64,000 bases of DNA from Clostridiales bacterium (lineage in GTDB: Bacteria > Bacillota > Clostridia > Christensenellales > Pumilibacteraceae), in contig JAFLVF010000001.1 in assembly GCA_022508425.1 (NCBI GenBank), positions 11,440 to 75,439 of the forward strand, given 5' to 3'. Both the position numbers and the translations under genes were made by a program. Of this stretch, positions 1 to 9,869 are shown one piece after another (within the stretch, counting starts at the first letter, position 1; every line of letters starts with the position of its first letter). The notes under the pieces were generated by a model. That model saw only the letters and a list, made by a program, of their open reading frames with translations. It was not told the origin of the DNA and did no database searches.

Positions 1-1
1 G

Positions 2-460
2 TCGCTGGGCGGCGTGTACAAAATGTCGGCAATCGAGGAGAACGGCACGCTCAATCCGCGTATGAAGATTTCGGATTCTATCGTCAAGGTGACCAATCCG
101 GGCTTCAAGACATTGTACAGGTTGTACGACAAGCAAAGCGGCATGGCGGCCGCCGACTTGATTACGCTAAAGACGGAAGCATTGCCCGATCCCATTACGC
201 TGACGCACGAGACCGAGCGGTGGAAAACGACAACGCTCAAAGGCTACGGCAAGCGCGAAATGCTGTATAAAATTTTCGACGGCGGCAAGAATATTTACGA
301 CAGCCCGTCGCTCGACGACATCGTCAAGTTCGCGCAATCGGAGAAGAAGAGGTTTTGGGACGAGTACAAGCGCATAGACAATCCGCAGATATACAAGGTA
401 AACGTCTCCGACGAACTGTATTCGCTAAAGCAAGAGATATTGAAGTCTCATAAAGGATAA
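2..460 (+). CDS. pncB: Nicotinate phosphoribosyltransferase, C-terminal part (5' truncated by window)
   Basis: Frame is open from base 2 (SLGGVYKMSAIEE...MKIS...KVTNPGFKTLYRLYD...YKRIDNPQIYKV), the typical Bacillota NAPRTase C-terminus. Confidence 0.9.
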   Translation, partial: SLGGVYKMSAIEENGTLNPRMKISDSIVKVTNPGFKTLYRLYDKQSGMAAADLITLKTEALPDPITLTHETERWKTTTLKGYGKREMLYKIFDGGKNIYDSPSLDDIVKFAQSEKKRFWDEYKRIDNPQIYKVNVSDELYSLKQEILKSHKG

Positions 461-486
461 TAAAGCGCGCCAAAGACAAGAAATAT

Positions 487-1131
487 ATGTTAAAGGAGCG
501 ACCGTACGTTATGGACGGCAAGAAGAAAATATACACCAAAGCCGATTTCGAAATGTTTTCTCAAGAGGTGAAGAAGCAGTACGAAAGCGTTCTTGTCGCA
601 CAGCGCGAGCGTATAGACGAACTCAAGGCGCAGTTGGCCGACGCGGAAAAGAAGATAGGCGACTACGAAGGGCAGAAGGGTTTGATATTTAACGCAATCA
701 CTGCCGCAATCAAGAAGGCGGACGAAATGGAGCGCGTTTCGCTCTTGCGCTACAACCAAGAGATTGCACAGCTGAAGAGTTTCCACGACAAGTGGATGGG
801 ATATTACAACAAGATAATAGAAGCGTATCCGCTCGACGAGCAGTTGATAGAGACGAGCAGAGTAAACGGCAAGATATCTTCCGTTCTCGAGAAAGCGGGC
901 GACGTCGACAAGCAGTACGAAAAAGAACTCGCCGCGCTCAAGAAGTCTGTTGAGCACGACGACGAGAAAGTTTCCGCCGCCGTTGCCGCCGCCAAAGACG
1001 AACGAAAGAAGGTCGACGAAGATTACGCCGACCGCTCGCCGGCAGGCTTTTCGTTTACCGAAGCGCTACACCCCAAGGACGACCTAAAAGATATCATGCG
1101 TGAACTCGGCGTATTGATGGATGACGATTAA
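487..1131 (+). CDS. Hypothetical coiled-coil protein, DivIVA-like
   Basis: 214-aa ORF with heptad-rich helices (RERIDELKAQLADAEKKIGDYE...IFNAITAAIKKADEME). The family call is by resemblance only; the start could be 511. Confidence 0.55.
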   Translation: MLKERPYVMDGKKKIYTKADFEMFSQEVKKQYESVLVAQRERIDELKAQLADAEKKIGDYEGQKGLIFNAITAAIKKADEMERVSLLRYNQEIAQLKSFHDKWMGYYNKIIEAYPLDEQLIETSRVNGKISSVLEKAGDVDKQYEKELAALKKSVEHDDEKVSAAVAAAKDERKKVDEDYADRSPAGFSFTEALHPKDDLKDIMRELGVLMDDD

Positions 1132-1165
1132 AGTAGAGTATAAGAGAATAGTAACCGAACAAAAG

Positions 1166-1200
1166 AAAACCCCGACAAGCTCAAACTCGTCGGGGTATTT
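1166..1200. terminator. Bidirectional intrinsic terminator
   Basis: accccgac-loop-gtcggggt hairpin with A/T tails between convergent genes. Confidence 0.7.
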
Positions 1201-1222
1201 GTTTATTGAATAGAGTAGGCGA

Positions 1223-1795
1223 TTACTCGGCCTTTTCGTCCTTTGCCTCTTCGGCTGCTTCTTTTGCTTTCTTGGTAGTTTTCTTGGGCGCTTTTTCCGC
1301 TTTTTCGGCCTTTTCGACCTTTTCTTTCTTGGCGGTCTTCTTGTCGGCCTTTTCGTCCTCTGCCTTTACCTTTTCCGCCTTCTTGCTCTTGGTGGCGGCC
1401 TTCTCGGCTTCTTTTTCAATCTGCTTGGCGCGGAATTCGGCACGAGCGGCGTCACGCGCTTCTTTTGCAGCGCGCGCTTTCTCGGCGGCAATCGTCTTGT
1501 TGTCCTTCTTGACGGTGATGGTTACCTTGCCGCTCTTGATATCGCTGAGGCGCTTGGAAATAGCGGACTTGCGGTTGGCGGCGGCGTTCTTGTGAATGAT
1601 GCCGGCCGTCACGCTCTTGTCGATAACCGAAACGGTAAGGGGGAGAAGGCGCTCCGCTTCCTCAATGTTTGCCGAATCGATAGCCTTATTGAACGCCTTG
1701 ATGGCGTTGTTGAGCTTGGAACGGTCGCTGCGGTTGCGGGCGTTTTTCTTTTTTGTAATGAGTACGCGTTTTTTCGCGGATTTAATGTTAGGCAC
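1223..1795 (-). CDS. rpsT: 30S ribosomal protein S20 with ~100-aa Lys/Ala/Glu-rich C-terminal extension
   Basis: MPNIKSAKKRV...RNRSDRS...IDKSVTAGIIHKNAAANRKS S20 signature; GTG start with AGGAG RBS; divergent from gpr as in other Bacillota. Confidence 0.95.
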   Translation of the reverse strand: MPNIKSAKKRVLITKKKNARNRSDRSKLNNAIKAFNKAIDSANIEEAERLLPLTVSVIDKSVTAGIIHKNAAANRKSAISKRLSDIKSGKVTITVKKDNKTIAAEKARAAKEARDAARAEFRAKQIEKEAEKAATKSKKAEKVKAEDEKADKKTAKKEKVEKAEKAEKAPKKTTKKAKEAAEEAKDEKAE

Positions 1796-1908
1796 GGTTT
1801 AACTCCTTTTTCTTTATCTAACCATGTAATTATAACATATCGAAAAATGTTTTGCAACTGTTAATCGGCAGTATGTTTAATTTTTTTTGTTTTACAAACA
1901 ATAAATTT

Positions 1909-2673
1909 ATGAGAAACCCCCGGTATTTTTCGGATATGGCGGTGGAGTTTTGCAAGGCGCGGCGCACCTATCAAGACGGCACTGTCAAGTTTTACGAGGT
2001 GCGCGTCGACGAGAAGATGTCAAAAAAGCTGGATAGGCCGTGCGGCAACTACACGACGGTGGAGACGTCTTGTGTCATGAACAGCGCGGTCGACGAGTTC
2101 GCCAAGGTGTCCAAGGCCCTTTCGGGCGTGCTTGGCGATTATTTGCGCGACTGCAATAAAATCATGGTAGTGGGGCTCGGCAATCCCGACCTTGCGGCCG
2201 ATTCGCTGGGCGACCGCGCGTTCAAGCGCATTAAAGTCACGCGGCAGTTCGACCGCGAGAAGTATTTGTGCGCGCTCACGCCCAACGTCCTCGGCATGAC
2301 CGGCATCGAGAGCTTCGATATTATAGCCGCCGTCGTCGACAGAATCAAGCCCGACGCGCTCATTGTAATCGACTCGCTCACCGCCGCCGCGCCGCACAGG
2401 ATAGCAAGCGCGTTCCAGGTGACGGACAGCGGTATAACACCCGGTAGCGGAGTGGAAAACCACCGCCCGCGCATAGACCGCGCGTCACTCGGTATCAAGG
2501 TGGTGTCGATAGGCGTTCCGCTCGTCGTGTACGCTTCAACGATAGCGCGCGCGTACTGTGCTGGAACGGGCGATTCTAACTTTGACATGGTAGTTACACC
2601 CAAGGACGTCGACGTACTCGTCGAGCACTGCGCGGGAATCATCGCGGACGCAATCAACAGCGCGTTCGCTTAA
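1909..2673 (+). CDS. gpr: GPR spore germination endopeptidase
   Basis: SDMAVE, GNYTTVE, VVGLGN...ADSLG, GMTGIES, IDSL, ITPGSGV, IGVPLVV, VTPKDVD motifs; rpsT-divergent position. Start placed at ATG 1909. Confidence 0.88.
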   Translation: MRNPRYFSDMAVEFCKARRTYQDGTVKFYEVRVDEKMSKKLDRPCGNYTTVETSCVMNSAVDEFAKVSKALSGVLGDYLRDCNKIMVVGLGNPDLAADSLGDRAFKRIKVTRQFDREKYLCALTPNVLGMTGIESFDIIAAVVDRIKPDALIVIDSLTAAAPHRIASAFQVTDSGITPGSGVENHRPRIDRASLGIKVVSIGVPLVVYASTIARAYCAGTGDSNFDMVVTPKDVDVLVEHCAGIIADAINSAFA

Positions 2674-2718
2674 GAATTTTCTTGCATACGTAATACTGTC
2701 AAGCGCATATATAAGCGT

Positions 2719-3429
2719 ATGTCAAATCAACCGATAGGCATCTTCGACAGCGGTATAGGCGGGATGTTCGTGCTGAATAAATGCGCTTCTCTCATGCCCA
2801 ACGAGAGGTTTATATACCTTGCCGACAGTGCGTACATGCCTTACGGTACCAAGCATAGCGAGGTAATCAAGCGCGCCGCGTACCGTTGCGCCGACATGCT
2901 ATTCGCCATGAACTGCAAAGCGATCCTCGTCGCTTGCAATACGGCGACGGAGAACGCAATAGACGGTATACGCACGCTGTATCCGGATAAAATCGTAGTG
3001 GGATTGGAACCTGCGATAAGACCTGCGCTAAGGGATTTACAAAGCGGATATATCGTTGCGCTCGTAACGCCCGCTACATACAGTTCGCAAAAATTCGGAA
3101 ATATTGTGCAAAGTGCGCCCGATCGGATAGTAGCTCTGCCGTCCGAAAGGCTCGCAAGCCTTGTCGAGTGCGGCGACGACGACAATATCGAGCGCGAGGT
3201 TGTCAGCCTGTTATCGCCACACAGCGGCGCCAGCGCAATAGTGCTCGGTTGTTCGCATTACTCGTACATAAGACCGATAATAGAGAGCCGTTACGGCGGC
3301 ATGGCTATATATGACGGCGGCGACGGCGCGGCGGCGAGATTGCTTTATCGCCTGAAAGAAAACGGTTTGACGGCGGCGCACGGCGCGCGCGGCAAGATAG
3401 ATTTTTACAGTACCGTCAAGTGTATATAA
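2719..3429 (+). CDS. murI: Glutamate racemase
   Basis: IGIFDSGIGG, MPYGTK, VACNTAT and LGCSHY (both catalytic Cys present). Confidence 0.95.
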   Translation: MSNQPIGIFDSGIGGMFVLNKCASLMPNERFIYLADSAYMPYGTKHSEVIKRAAYRCADMLFAMNCKAILVACNTATENAIDGIRTLYPDKIVVGLEPAIRPALRDLQSGYIVALVTPATYSSQKFGNIVQSAPDRIVALPSERLASLVECGDDDNIEREVVSLLSPHSGASAIVLGCSHYSYIRPIIESRYGGMAIYDGGDGAAARLLYRLKENGLTAAHGARGKIDFYSTVKCI

Positions 3430-3481
3430 AATCAGCGCCGTCACGATTTTATTCGGACGGCGATTGCACTAAATACAACAT

Positions 3482-5311
3482 TTATTCGACTGTAACGGAT
3501 TTTGCGAGGTTGCGCGGCTTGTCGATATCACAGCCGCGTTTCTTTGCTACGTAATACGCAAACAGCTGAAGCACGACCGCCGTAAGAACGGGGGACAAAT
3601 CGTCGTCGCATTCGGGTATTGTAATCATTCCGTCTACGCAGTAATTGATTTTCGAGTTGGTGCGCGACGCTACGGCAAGGACGTCGCCCTCGCGCGCCTT
3701 GACGGCTTTTATATTCGATTCCATCTTGTGGTAGAGCGCGCTTTGCGTAGTGAGAGCAATGGTGAGAGTGCTTTTCTCTATCAAAGATATTGTTCCGTGC
3801 TTCAGCTCGCCGGCGGCGTAAGACTCGGCGTGAATGTATGAAATTTCTTTTAATTTCAGCGCGGCCTCCAGCGACGCGGCATAATCGGCGCCGCGGCCTA
3901 TAAAGAATATGCAGTGCTTGTCGGCGTATTTGTCGGCGTACTTTTTCGCCAGATTGACCGTTGTATTGTTTAACGTTTCCGCGACTTTGTCATGGAGCTG
4001 TTCGAGACGGCCCGCTATTTCGGCATACCGCTTTTCGGTGACGGTGCCGAGTATACGCGCCATCTCTAATCCGATGAGGTACAAAACGCCGACCTGAGTG
4101 GTGTAGCCCTTGGTGGTCGCGACGGCTATCTCGGGGCCTGCATACGTGTACAAAACGTCGTCGGCGTCGACGGCGATTGTACTGTTGACCACGTTGACTA
4201 TGGCGAGCGTGCGCGAACCGAGCTTTTTGGCAAGGCGAAGCGCGGCTACAGTGTCCGCCGTTTCGCCGCTCTGGCTGATAACGACGGTGAGCGTGCGTTC
4301 GTCTACAATCGGGTCGGAGTAGATATATTCGCTTGCGAGTATGCAGTCGACGGGTATACGGCACAGCTTCTCGATAAACGTTTTGCCGACTATGCCGGCG
4401 TGGTATGCCGAGCCGCAGCCGACGATATCTATCTTTGTCAATCCCTCGAGATACGCTTTGTCGAACTTGACGTTGTCGAGGTGAACCAGTTTATTTTTTA
4501 TACGCGTGCGCACAGCCATGTCGATGGCGTGGGGCTGCTCGTAAATCTCTTTGAGCATGAAATGGTCGTAGCCGTCCTTCTCGGCGGCGCGAGCGTCAAT
4601 ATCGTAGTGAGCGGGCGTCTTTTTGATCGGGCGTCCGTCGCTGTTGAAAAATTTTGCCTCGTCCGCCGAAACCATTGCTATCTCGCCGTCGTTCAGTCTT
4701 ACGAAATCGTGCGTCCGAGACAGAGCGGCGGTTATGTCCGACGTGATAAAGTTCTCGTTATTTCCAATTCCGACGATGAGCGGATTGTCCTTCCGTATAG
4801 CGTACAGCGTATTAGGACTGTCGGTGCCGAGAATAGCTACTGCGTACGCGCCCTTGAGCCGTTTGATAAGCATGGTCAGAGTCTTGACCATGTCGCCGCA
4901 GTACAGGTGCTGAATAAGATGCGCTATTGTCTCGCTGTCAGTTTCGCTTTTGAATGTGTAACCGAGCCCTGTAAGTTCGGCTTTGATTTCCGCATAGTTT
5001 TCGATTATGCCGTTGTGCACTATCGCAAAACGCCCGTCATGAGAAGAATGCGGGTGAGAGTTGATTTCGCTCGGCTTGCCGTGCGTAGCCCAGCGCGTAT
5101 GGCCTATACCTATAGTGCCGCTCGGCGCTTTGCCCGCTGTCTTAGCTTCGAGCGCCGCTATTTTGCCGACCGATTTGACCGTCGAAATAACGCCGTTGTC
5201 GAGCACTGCTATGCCGCTCGAATCGTAGCCGCGGTACTCAAGCTTCTTCAGTCCGTCGATGAGAATGGGCGAGGCCTGTTCTTTTCCTACATATCCGATG
5301 ATTCCGCACAT
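3482..5311 (-). CDS. glmS: Glutamine--fructose-6-phosphate transaminase
   Basis: MCGIIG N-terminus, LEYRGYDS, GHTRWATHG, SQSGET, C-terminal PRNLAKSVTVE. Confidence 0.98.
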   Translation of the reverse strand: MCGIIGYVGKEQASPILIDGLKKLEYRGYDSSGIAVLDNGVISTVKSVGKIAALEAKTAGKAPSGTIGIGHTRWATHGKPSEINSHPHSSHDGRFAIVHNGIIENYAEIKAELTGLGYTFKSETDSETIAHLIQHLYCGDMVKTLTMLIKRLKGAYAVAILGTDSPNTLYAIRKDNPLIVGIGNNENFITSDITAALSRTHDFVRLNDGEIAMVSADEAKFFNSDGRPIKKTPAHYDIDARAAEKDGYDHFMLKEIYEQPHAIDMAVRTRIKNKLVHLDNVKFDKAYLEGLTKIDIVGCGSAYHAGIVGKTFIEKLCRIPVDCILASEYIYSDPIVDERTLTVVISQSGETADTVAALRLAKKLGSRTLAIVNVVNSTIAVDADDVLYTYAGPEIAVATTKGYTTQVGVLYLIGLEMARILGTVTEKRYAEIAGRLEQLHDKVAETLNNTTVNLAKKYADKYADKHCIFFIGRGADYAASLEAALKLKEISYIHAESYAAGELKHGTISLIEKSTLTIALTTQSALYHKMESNIKAVKAREGDVLAVASRTNSKINYCVDGMITIPECDDDLSPVLTAVVLQLFAYYVAKKRGCDIDKPRNLAKSVTVE

Positions 5312-5317
5312 AATCCG

Positions 5318-6019
5318 TTATTCCTTATCTCCGTTGGGCGAGTCTTGTGCGTTGCCGTTATCTTCGACCGACGCGTCAGGCTTGTAAATGATAAACTTGA
5401 CGATGAGAAATACAACGACGAGTATTGCGATTGCCAAAAAAGCGAGCGTGATATAGTTGACGTAATCGGCAAAGAGAAAGCCGATGAGCGTGATTATACC
5501 GCACGCCACGGCGTTTCCAGCGATTATTGAAACCAGTCCTTTGACAAACCCGATTTTCGTTATCGACGCGACCGCGCTTCCCGTCCACACGCCCGTGAGC
5601 GGAAGTGGAATGGCGACGAATCCTGCGGTGCCTGCCATGCGCTTGACGTCGCGCTTGGTAAACTTGAATTTTTTCCCGTCCTGCGATTGGTCGGAGTCAT
5701 TTTTCTCGTCGCCGTCGGCGACCTGTCTTGATTTCTTTTCGAATTTGTCGTACAGGAATTTTCCGATTTTCGAAAAGAATTTTGTTTTTGACAGAGCGTT
5801 GATTATGGGGATAAGAATAATAAGCAGTATGGGCGCAATCATGCACGAGCCCAAAAACGCCCAGCCGAATGAAGCGGCCGGCGACAGTCCCATGCTCATG
5901 CCGAACGGAATGGCAAAACGCGCTTCGGCAATCGGTATCATTGACAGTAGAAATACGGCAAGCGGCGCGCCGAGCGACGAGCTCATCGCGTCCGCCATGC
6001 TTTGAACAAAAGCACTCAT
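5318..6019 (-). CDS. Small multidrug-export-family (COG2426-like) membrane protein
   Basis: SMIPIAEARFAIP and FVAIPLPLTGVWTGS motifs; several TM segments. Confidence 0.8.
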   Translation of the reverse strand: MSAFVQSMADAMSSSLGAPLAVFLLSMIPIAEARFAIPFGMSMGLSPAASFGWAFLGSCMIAPILLIILIPIINALSKTKFFSKIGKFLYDKFEKKSRQVADGDEKNDSDQSQDGKKFKFTKRDVKRMAGTAGFVAIPLPLTGVWTGSAVASITKIGFVKGLVSIIAGNAVACGIITLIGFLFADYVNYITLAFLAIAILVVVFLIVKFIIYKPDASVEDNGNAQDSPNGDKE

Positions 6020-6028
6020 ACAGTGTAT

Positions 6029-6124
6029 ATTATAGGCAATTTAATGAGAATATGTCAATTGATTTGGTTGGTTTGCAGTTATTTTACGGATTTTATTGAC
6101 ATGAAGGCGGAAAAATATTATAAT
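6029..6124. promoter_or_regulatory. Divergent sigmaA promoters
   Basis: Plus strand: TTGACA 6096-6101, 17 bp, TATAAT 6119-6124 (glmM). Minus strand: TTGACA 6058-6053, 18 bp, TATAAT 6034-6029. Confidence 0.75.
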
Positions 6125-6165
6125 CGATTGCAGTAGCCAATATAATAAATGCTTAGGAGGGTTTT

Positions 6166-7455
6166 ATGGCTAAGTATTTCGGAACGGACGGCATCAGAGG
6201 TAAGTACGGTGACAATCTCGACGCGGCTCTTGCGTACAAAGTCGGACTTGCCATTGTCGCGTATTTCGGCAAAGGTCAGATTGTCGTCGGACGCGACACC
6301 CGGGTTTCGGGACCGGAAATAGAGGAATCGCTCATCAGCGGACTCAAGCGCGGCGGCGCGGAGGTGCTGAAGGTCGGCATTCTTCCCACACCGGCAATCG
6401 CGCGCATGGCCATTATGCACGGAGCACTGTGCGGCATTGTTATATCCGCCTCCCACAATCCGCCCGAGTACAACGGCATCAAGATATTCGACGGAAGCGG
6501 CGTCAAGCTGAGCGAGGAGCAAGAGGGCAGCATCGAATACTATATCGACAATCCGTCCGAGCTTCGCGCCGTCGGATCGGTTATGGAAATTACCGATGCG
6601 CGGCAAAAGTATATTGACTTTCTCGTGCAAACGGTCGACTGCGACATGACTGGCGCCAAGGTGTGGCTGGACTGCGGTTACGGCGCGGCGTCAACCGTTG
6701 CAAAGCAGGCGTTCGAAAAATTGGGCGCGAAAGTGGAGATGGAAAACTGCTCGCTGCGCGGCGAGAAGATAAACTGCGGTTGCGGCGCCCTTCATCCCGA
6801 TTATGTCATGCATTCGATGGTGGGGACAGATTACAAGCTCGGCTTTTCCTACGACGGCGACGCGGACAGACTTTCGTTCGTGTTTGACGGCAGGGTGATG
6901 GACGGCGACTCGGTGCTGTACAACATCGGGCGCGAGATGACCCTCAAAGACAATGTTGTTGTCGGAACAATTCTTTCCAACACCGCGCTCGAGCGTAGGC
7001 TGGAAAAGGACGGCAGGCGGCTTGTAAGAACGCCCGTCGGAGATAAATATATATGCGATTTGATGTTTAAGAAGGGTTACAACCTCGGCGGCGAGCAGAG
7101 CGGACACTATATAGTTTACCCGCAGGCGACGACGGGCGACGGCATAATGTCGAGCATGATGCTTACCAAGACGCTATGCAAATCGGGCAAGATAGGCGAA
7201 TTTATAGAGCTCAATCTTTTCCCGCAAAAGGCAATTGCAGAGTACGCCGACCAGTCGATAATGTACGACAAGGAAATGGTGGCCATGATAGAAGAATACA
7301 CCGCACGGCTGTCGGGCATAGGCAGGCTGATTGTCAGAATGTCGGGTACCGAGCCTAAGGTGCGCGTAATGTGCGAATGCGAGGACGCGCGCAAGATCGA
7401 CGAGGTGCTGTCGGTATTCAAAAAGTATATCAACAACCGCAAGTCGGACAGATAA
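6166..7455 (+). CDS. glmM: Phosphoglucosamine mutase
   Basis: KYFGTDGIRG, ISASHNP, DGDADR, GGEQSGH, RMSGTEP motifs. Confidence 0.95.
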   Translation: MAKYFGTDGIRGKYGDNLDAALAYKVGLAIVAYFGKGQIVVGRDTRVSGPEIEESLISGLKRGGAEVLKVGILPTPAIARMAIMHGALCGIVISASHNPPEYNGIKIFDGSGVKLSEEQEGSIEYYIDNPSELRAVGSVMEITDARQKYIDFLVQTVDCDMTGAKVWLDCGYGAASTVAKQAFEKLGAKVEMENCSLRGEKINCGCGALHPDYVMHSMVGTDYKLGFSYDGDADRLSFVFDGRVMDGDSVLYNIGREMTLKDNVVVGTILSNTALERRLEKDGRRLVRTPVGDKYICDLMFKKGYNLGGEQSGHYIVYPQATTGDGIMSSMMLTKTLCKSGKIGEFIELNLFPQKAIAEYADQSIMYDKEMVAMIEEYTARLSGIGRLIVRMSGTEPKVRVMCECEDARKIDEVLSVFKKYINNRKSDR

Positions 7456-7470
7456 TGAAATAAATCGTAT

Positions 7471-7506
7471 AACGGCGTCCATATTTTCGTAAACGGCGCC
7501 GTTTTT
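7471..7506 (+). terminator. Probable terminator after glmM
   Basis: aacggcgtc...ggcgccgtt stem followed by a T-tract. Confidence 0.55.
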
Positions 7507-7559
7507 CTTGAATTAAAAGCGCCGAAATTCGACAAAATAATAAAAGTTGTTGTAATGTA

Positions 7560-7588
7560 TTGACAAATATTTGTGAGTATGGTATCAT
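7560..7588 (+). promoter_or_regulatory. sigmaA promoter of the CapD-like gene
   Basis: TTGACA-17 bp-TATCAT with an extended TG. Confidence 0.65.
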
Positions 7589-7626
7589 ATTCAATGGCAA
7601 ATTTCGTATATTTTCTATGAGGCCGA

Positions 7627-9753
7627 ATGTCGGAAGAGCGTAAAAACCCCGTCCAACAGAATAATGACGGAAATAAGCCGAAAAACGAATTCCCTGCGTT
7701 GTTTTCGCCGAGATACAGAAGCGTCCTTTTGACGTTTATTTACGACGTGCTCTTTATTGCGGGCGCGTTTTGGCTTGCGCGTTTTACAATGTTCTACGAC
7801 GAAAGCGTCGCATTTCCGACAAACTACCTGGAATTCGAGATTCCCATAATGATCGTTATGGTCGCCGTGCCCATCAGCATGCTCGCTCTGTTCGACTGCT
7901 ACAACGTCGTGTGGAAGTATGCGGGACGCGTCGAATTTATCAAGTTCTTCACTTCGTATTCTATTTCGTTCTTGCTGCTTTTGGCAGTCAAGGCTATAAT
8001 TTATTCCGCCTTCAACGTCGAACTGTGGGGCACACAGATTGTACTTTTCATCTTCTTCGCCATGATTGCGACGGGGTTGATGCGCTTTTTCAACATCATT
8101 GTCAGGTATATCAGGTACTTGCGGCGCGGCAATCTCCCTGCAAGCGCGGACGGAGCCAAGCTGAAACGCACCATTATTATGGGCGCGGGCAATATAGGGT
8201 CGGTACTTGCCAACAGGTTTTTTAACAACGTGCAGGAGGGGTACCTGCCCGTCGCGTTTATAGACGACGATACGGACAAGCACGGCAGGACGATTGCGGG
8301 CGTGCTCGTCGCGGGCGGACTCAATCAGATTGACAGTATTGTCGAGCAATTTGCGCCCGATATTTTCGTAATTGCAATTACGGAGCTGACAAAATCTCAG
8401 CTCAAGGCCATTTATGAGCGGCTTTCACGGTTTAACGTGCCCATCAAAATGTTGCCGCAGATAAGCGACGCAATGGCGGCAAACTCTTCGCTCGAATTGC
8501 ACGATATCAAGATAGAATCGCTGTTGGGGCGCGACGAGTTTAAGGTCCGTCGCGAGCTCGTCGATATGTCGGTCAAGGACAAGGTCGTCATGGTTACGGG
8601 CGGTGCGGGATCGATTGGGTCCGAGCTGTGTCGTCAGGCGCTGTCGTTTGGGTGCAAGCACCTCGTCATATTCGATCAGCACGAGAACGGCATGTTCAAC
8701 ATCGATCAAGAGTTTCAGAAAAAATACGATCCGTCGCGGTACACGCTCGTCGTCGGCACGGTTAGGGAAGCGGACAAGCTCGCAAGCGTGTTGGAGCGCT
8801 TCCGTCCCGAGTCGGTATTCCATGCCGCGGCGTACAAGCATGTTCCGATGATGGAAATCGCGCCGACCGAGGCGATCAAGAACAACGTGTTCGGCACCAA
8901 GAACGTGATAGAGCAGTGTCAAAAGGCAGGCGTTAAGCGTTTTGTTCTCATTTCGACGGACAAGGCGGTCAATCCCGCGAACGTCATGGGTGCGTCCAAG
9001 CGCCTTGCGGAAATGCTAGTACAGACCCGCGCCGCGGACAGCGAAATGCAGATGGCGGCTGTCAGATTCGGCAACGTGCTCGGATCGTCGGGCTCGGTCA
9101 TACCGACGTTCCTGCGCCAGATAAAAGAGGGCGGTCCTATAACCGTCACCGACAGAAACATCAAGCGCTATTTCATGACTATACCCGAAGCCGTAAGGCT
9201 GGTATTGCAGACGGGCGCGTTGGCAAGCAGCGGCGAGGTGTTCGTCCTCGACATGGGCGAACCGGTTTATATTTACGATTTGGCATGCAACCTTATCAGG
9301 CTAAACGGCTACGTGCCCAATCAGGATATTCAGATAGTAATTTCCGGTCTGCGCCCGGGCGAAAAGCTGTTCGAAGAGCTCAGATACGACAAAGAGGACG
9401 TAGACAAAACCCTGCATGAGGGCATCTTCGTCACAAAGCTCGAAAAGATAGATAGGAAGAGTTTTGACAAAAATCTTGCCGAGCTCAAAAAACTCGCTTT
9501 GGCCGAGGACGAGGACGGCATCGAGAGCAAGGTGTTTACTATGGTCCCGTCGCAAGCGCGCATGCAGGCGTTGAGAGAGCGCGAGGCGAGCTTGAAGGCG
9601 GCGGCGGCAGAAGCAAAGATGAACGAGGAATTGGCGGCGCTAAACAGCGAGACCGCAAAAAAGACGGAAATGAGCAACGTAGACGGCCAAGCCTTGTCCG
9701 AAGTGGTGGCGAGTACAAGCGACGACGACGGCGGCGCGCGTATCGGCGCATGA
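7627..9753 (+). CDS. CapD/PglF-family membrane-bound nucleotide-sugar 4,6-dehydratase
   Basis: Four N-terminal TM helices, GAGNIG, TGGAGSIGSEL, HAAAYKHVP, STDKAVNP-NVMGASK, VRFGNVLGS, RPGEKLFEEL. Confidence 0.93.
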   Translation: MSEERKNPVQQNNDGNKPKNEFPALFSPRYRSVLLTFIYDVLFIAGAFWLARFTMFYDESVAFPTNYLEFEIPIMIVMVAVPISMLALFDCYNVVWKYAGRVEFIKFFTSYSISFLLLLAVKAIIYSAFNVELWGTQIVLFIFFAMIATGLMRFFNIIVRYIRYLRRGNLPASADGAKLKRTIIMGAGNIGSVLANRFFNNVQEGYLPVAFIDDDTDKHGRTIAGVLVAGGLNQIDSIVEQFAPDIFVIAITELTKSQLKAIYERLSRFNVPIKMLPQISDAMAANSSLELHDIKIESLLGRDEFKVRRELVDMSVKDKVVMVTGGAGSIGSELCRQALSFGCKHLVIFDQHENGMFNIDQEFQKKYDPSRYTLVVGTVREADKLASVLERFRPESVFHAAAYKHVPMMEIAPTEAIKNNVFGTKNVIEQCQKAGVKRFVLISTDKAVNPANVMGASKRLAEMLVQTRAADSEMQMAAVRFGNVLGSSGSVIPTFLRQIKEGGPITVTDRNIKRYFMTIPEAVRLVLQTGALASSGEVFVLDMGEPVYIYDLACNLIRLNGYVPNQDIQIVISGLRPGEKLFEELRYDKEDVDKTLHEGIFVTKLEKIDRKSFDKNLAELKKLALAEDEDGIESKVFTMVPSQARMQALREREASLKAAAAEAKMNEELAALNSETAKKTEMSNVDGQALSEVVASTSDDDGGARIGA

Positions 9754-9869
9754 CGTTCGATTTTTCGATAAATAAACAGAGATTTTCAGGCGCTTTGCGC
9801 ATATTTTATCTCGGCATGCAATATACAACGAATATGCTCGCAAAATAGTTAGGAGGCGCGGGAGTGAAC

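Noticed and set aside
1880-1888. Poly-T phase-variation tract upstream of gpr
   Set aside because: A short homopolymer in an AT-rich promoter region; no evidence of variability from a single sequence.
5311-5330. glmS ribozyme upstream of glmS
   Set aside because: Only 6 bp separate glmS from the upstream gene, leaving no room, and no ribozyme core is visible.
4400-5530. Long antisense ORFs (also 12079-13350, 31128-32639, 51690-52874, 53004-54068, 56300-57424)
   Set aside because: Shadow frames opposite well-supported genes, expected from GC3-rich codon usage; no motifs or RBS.
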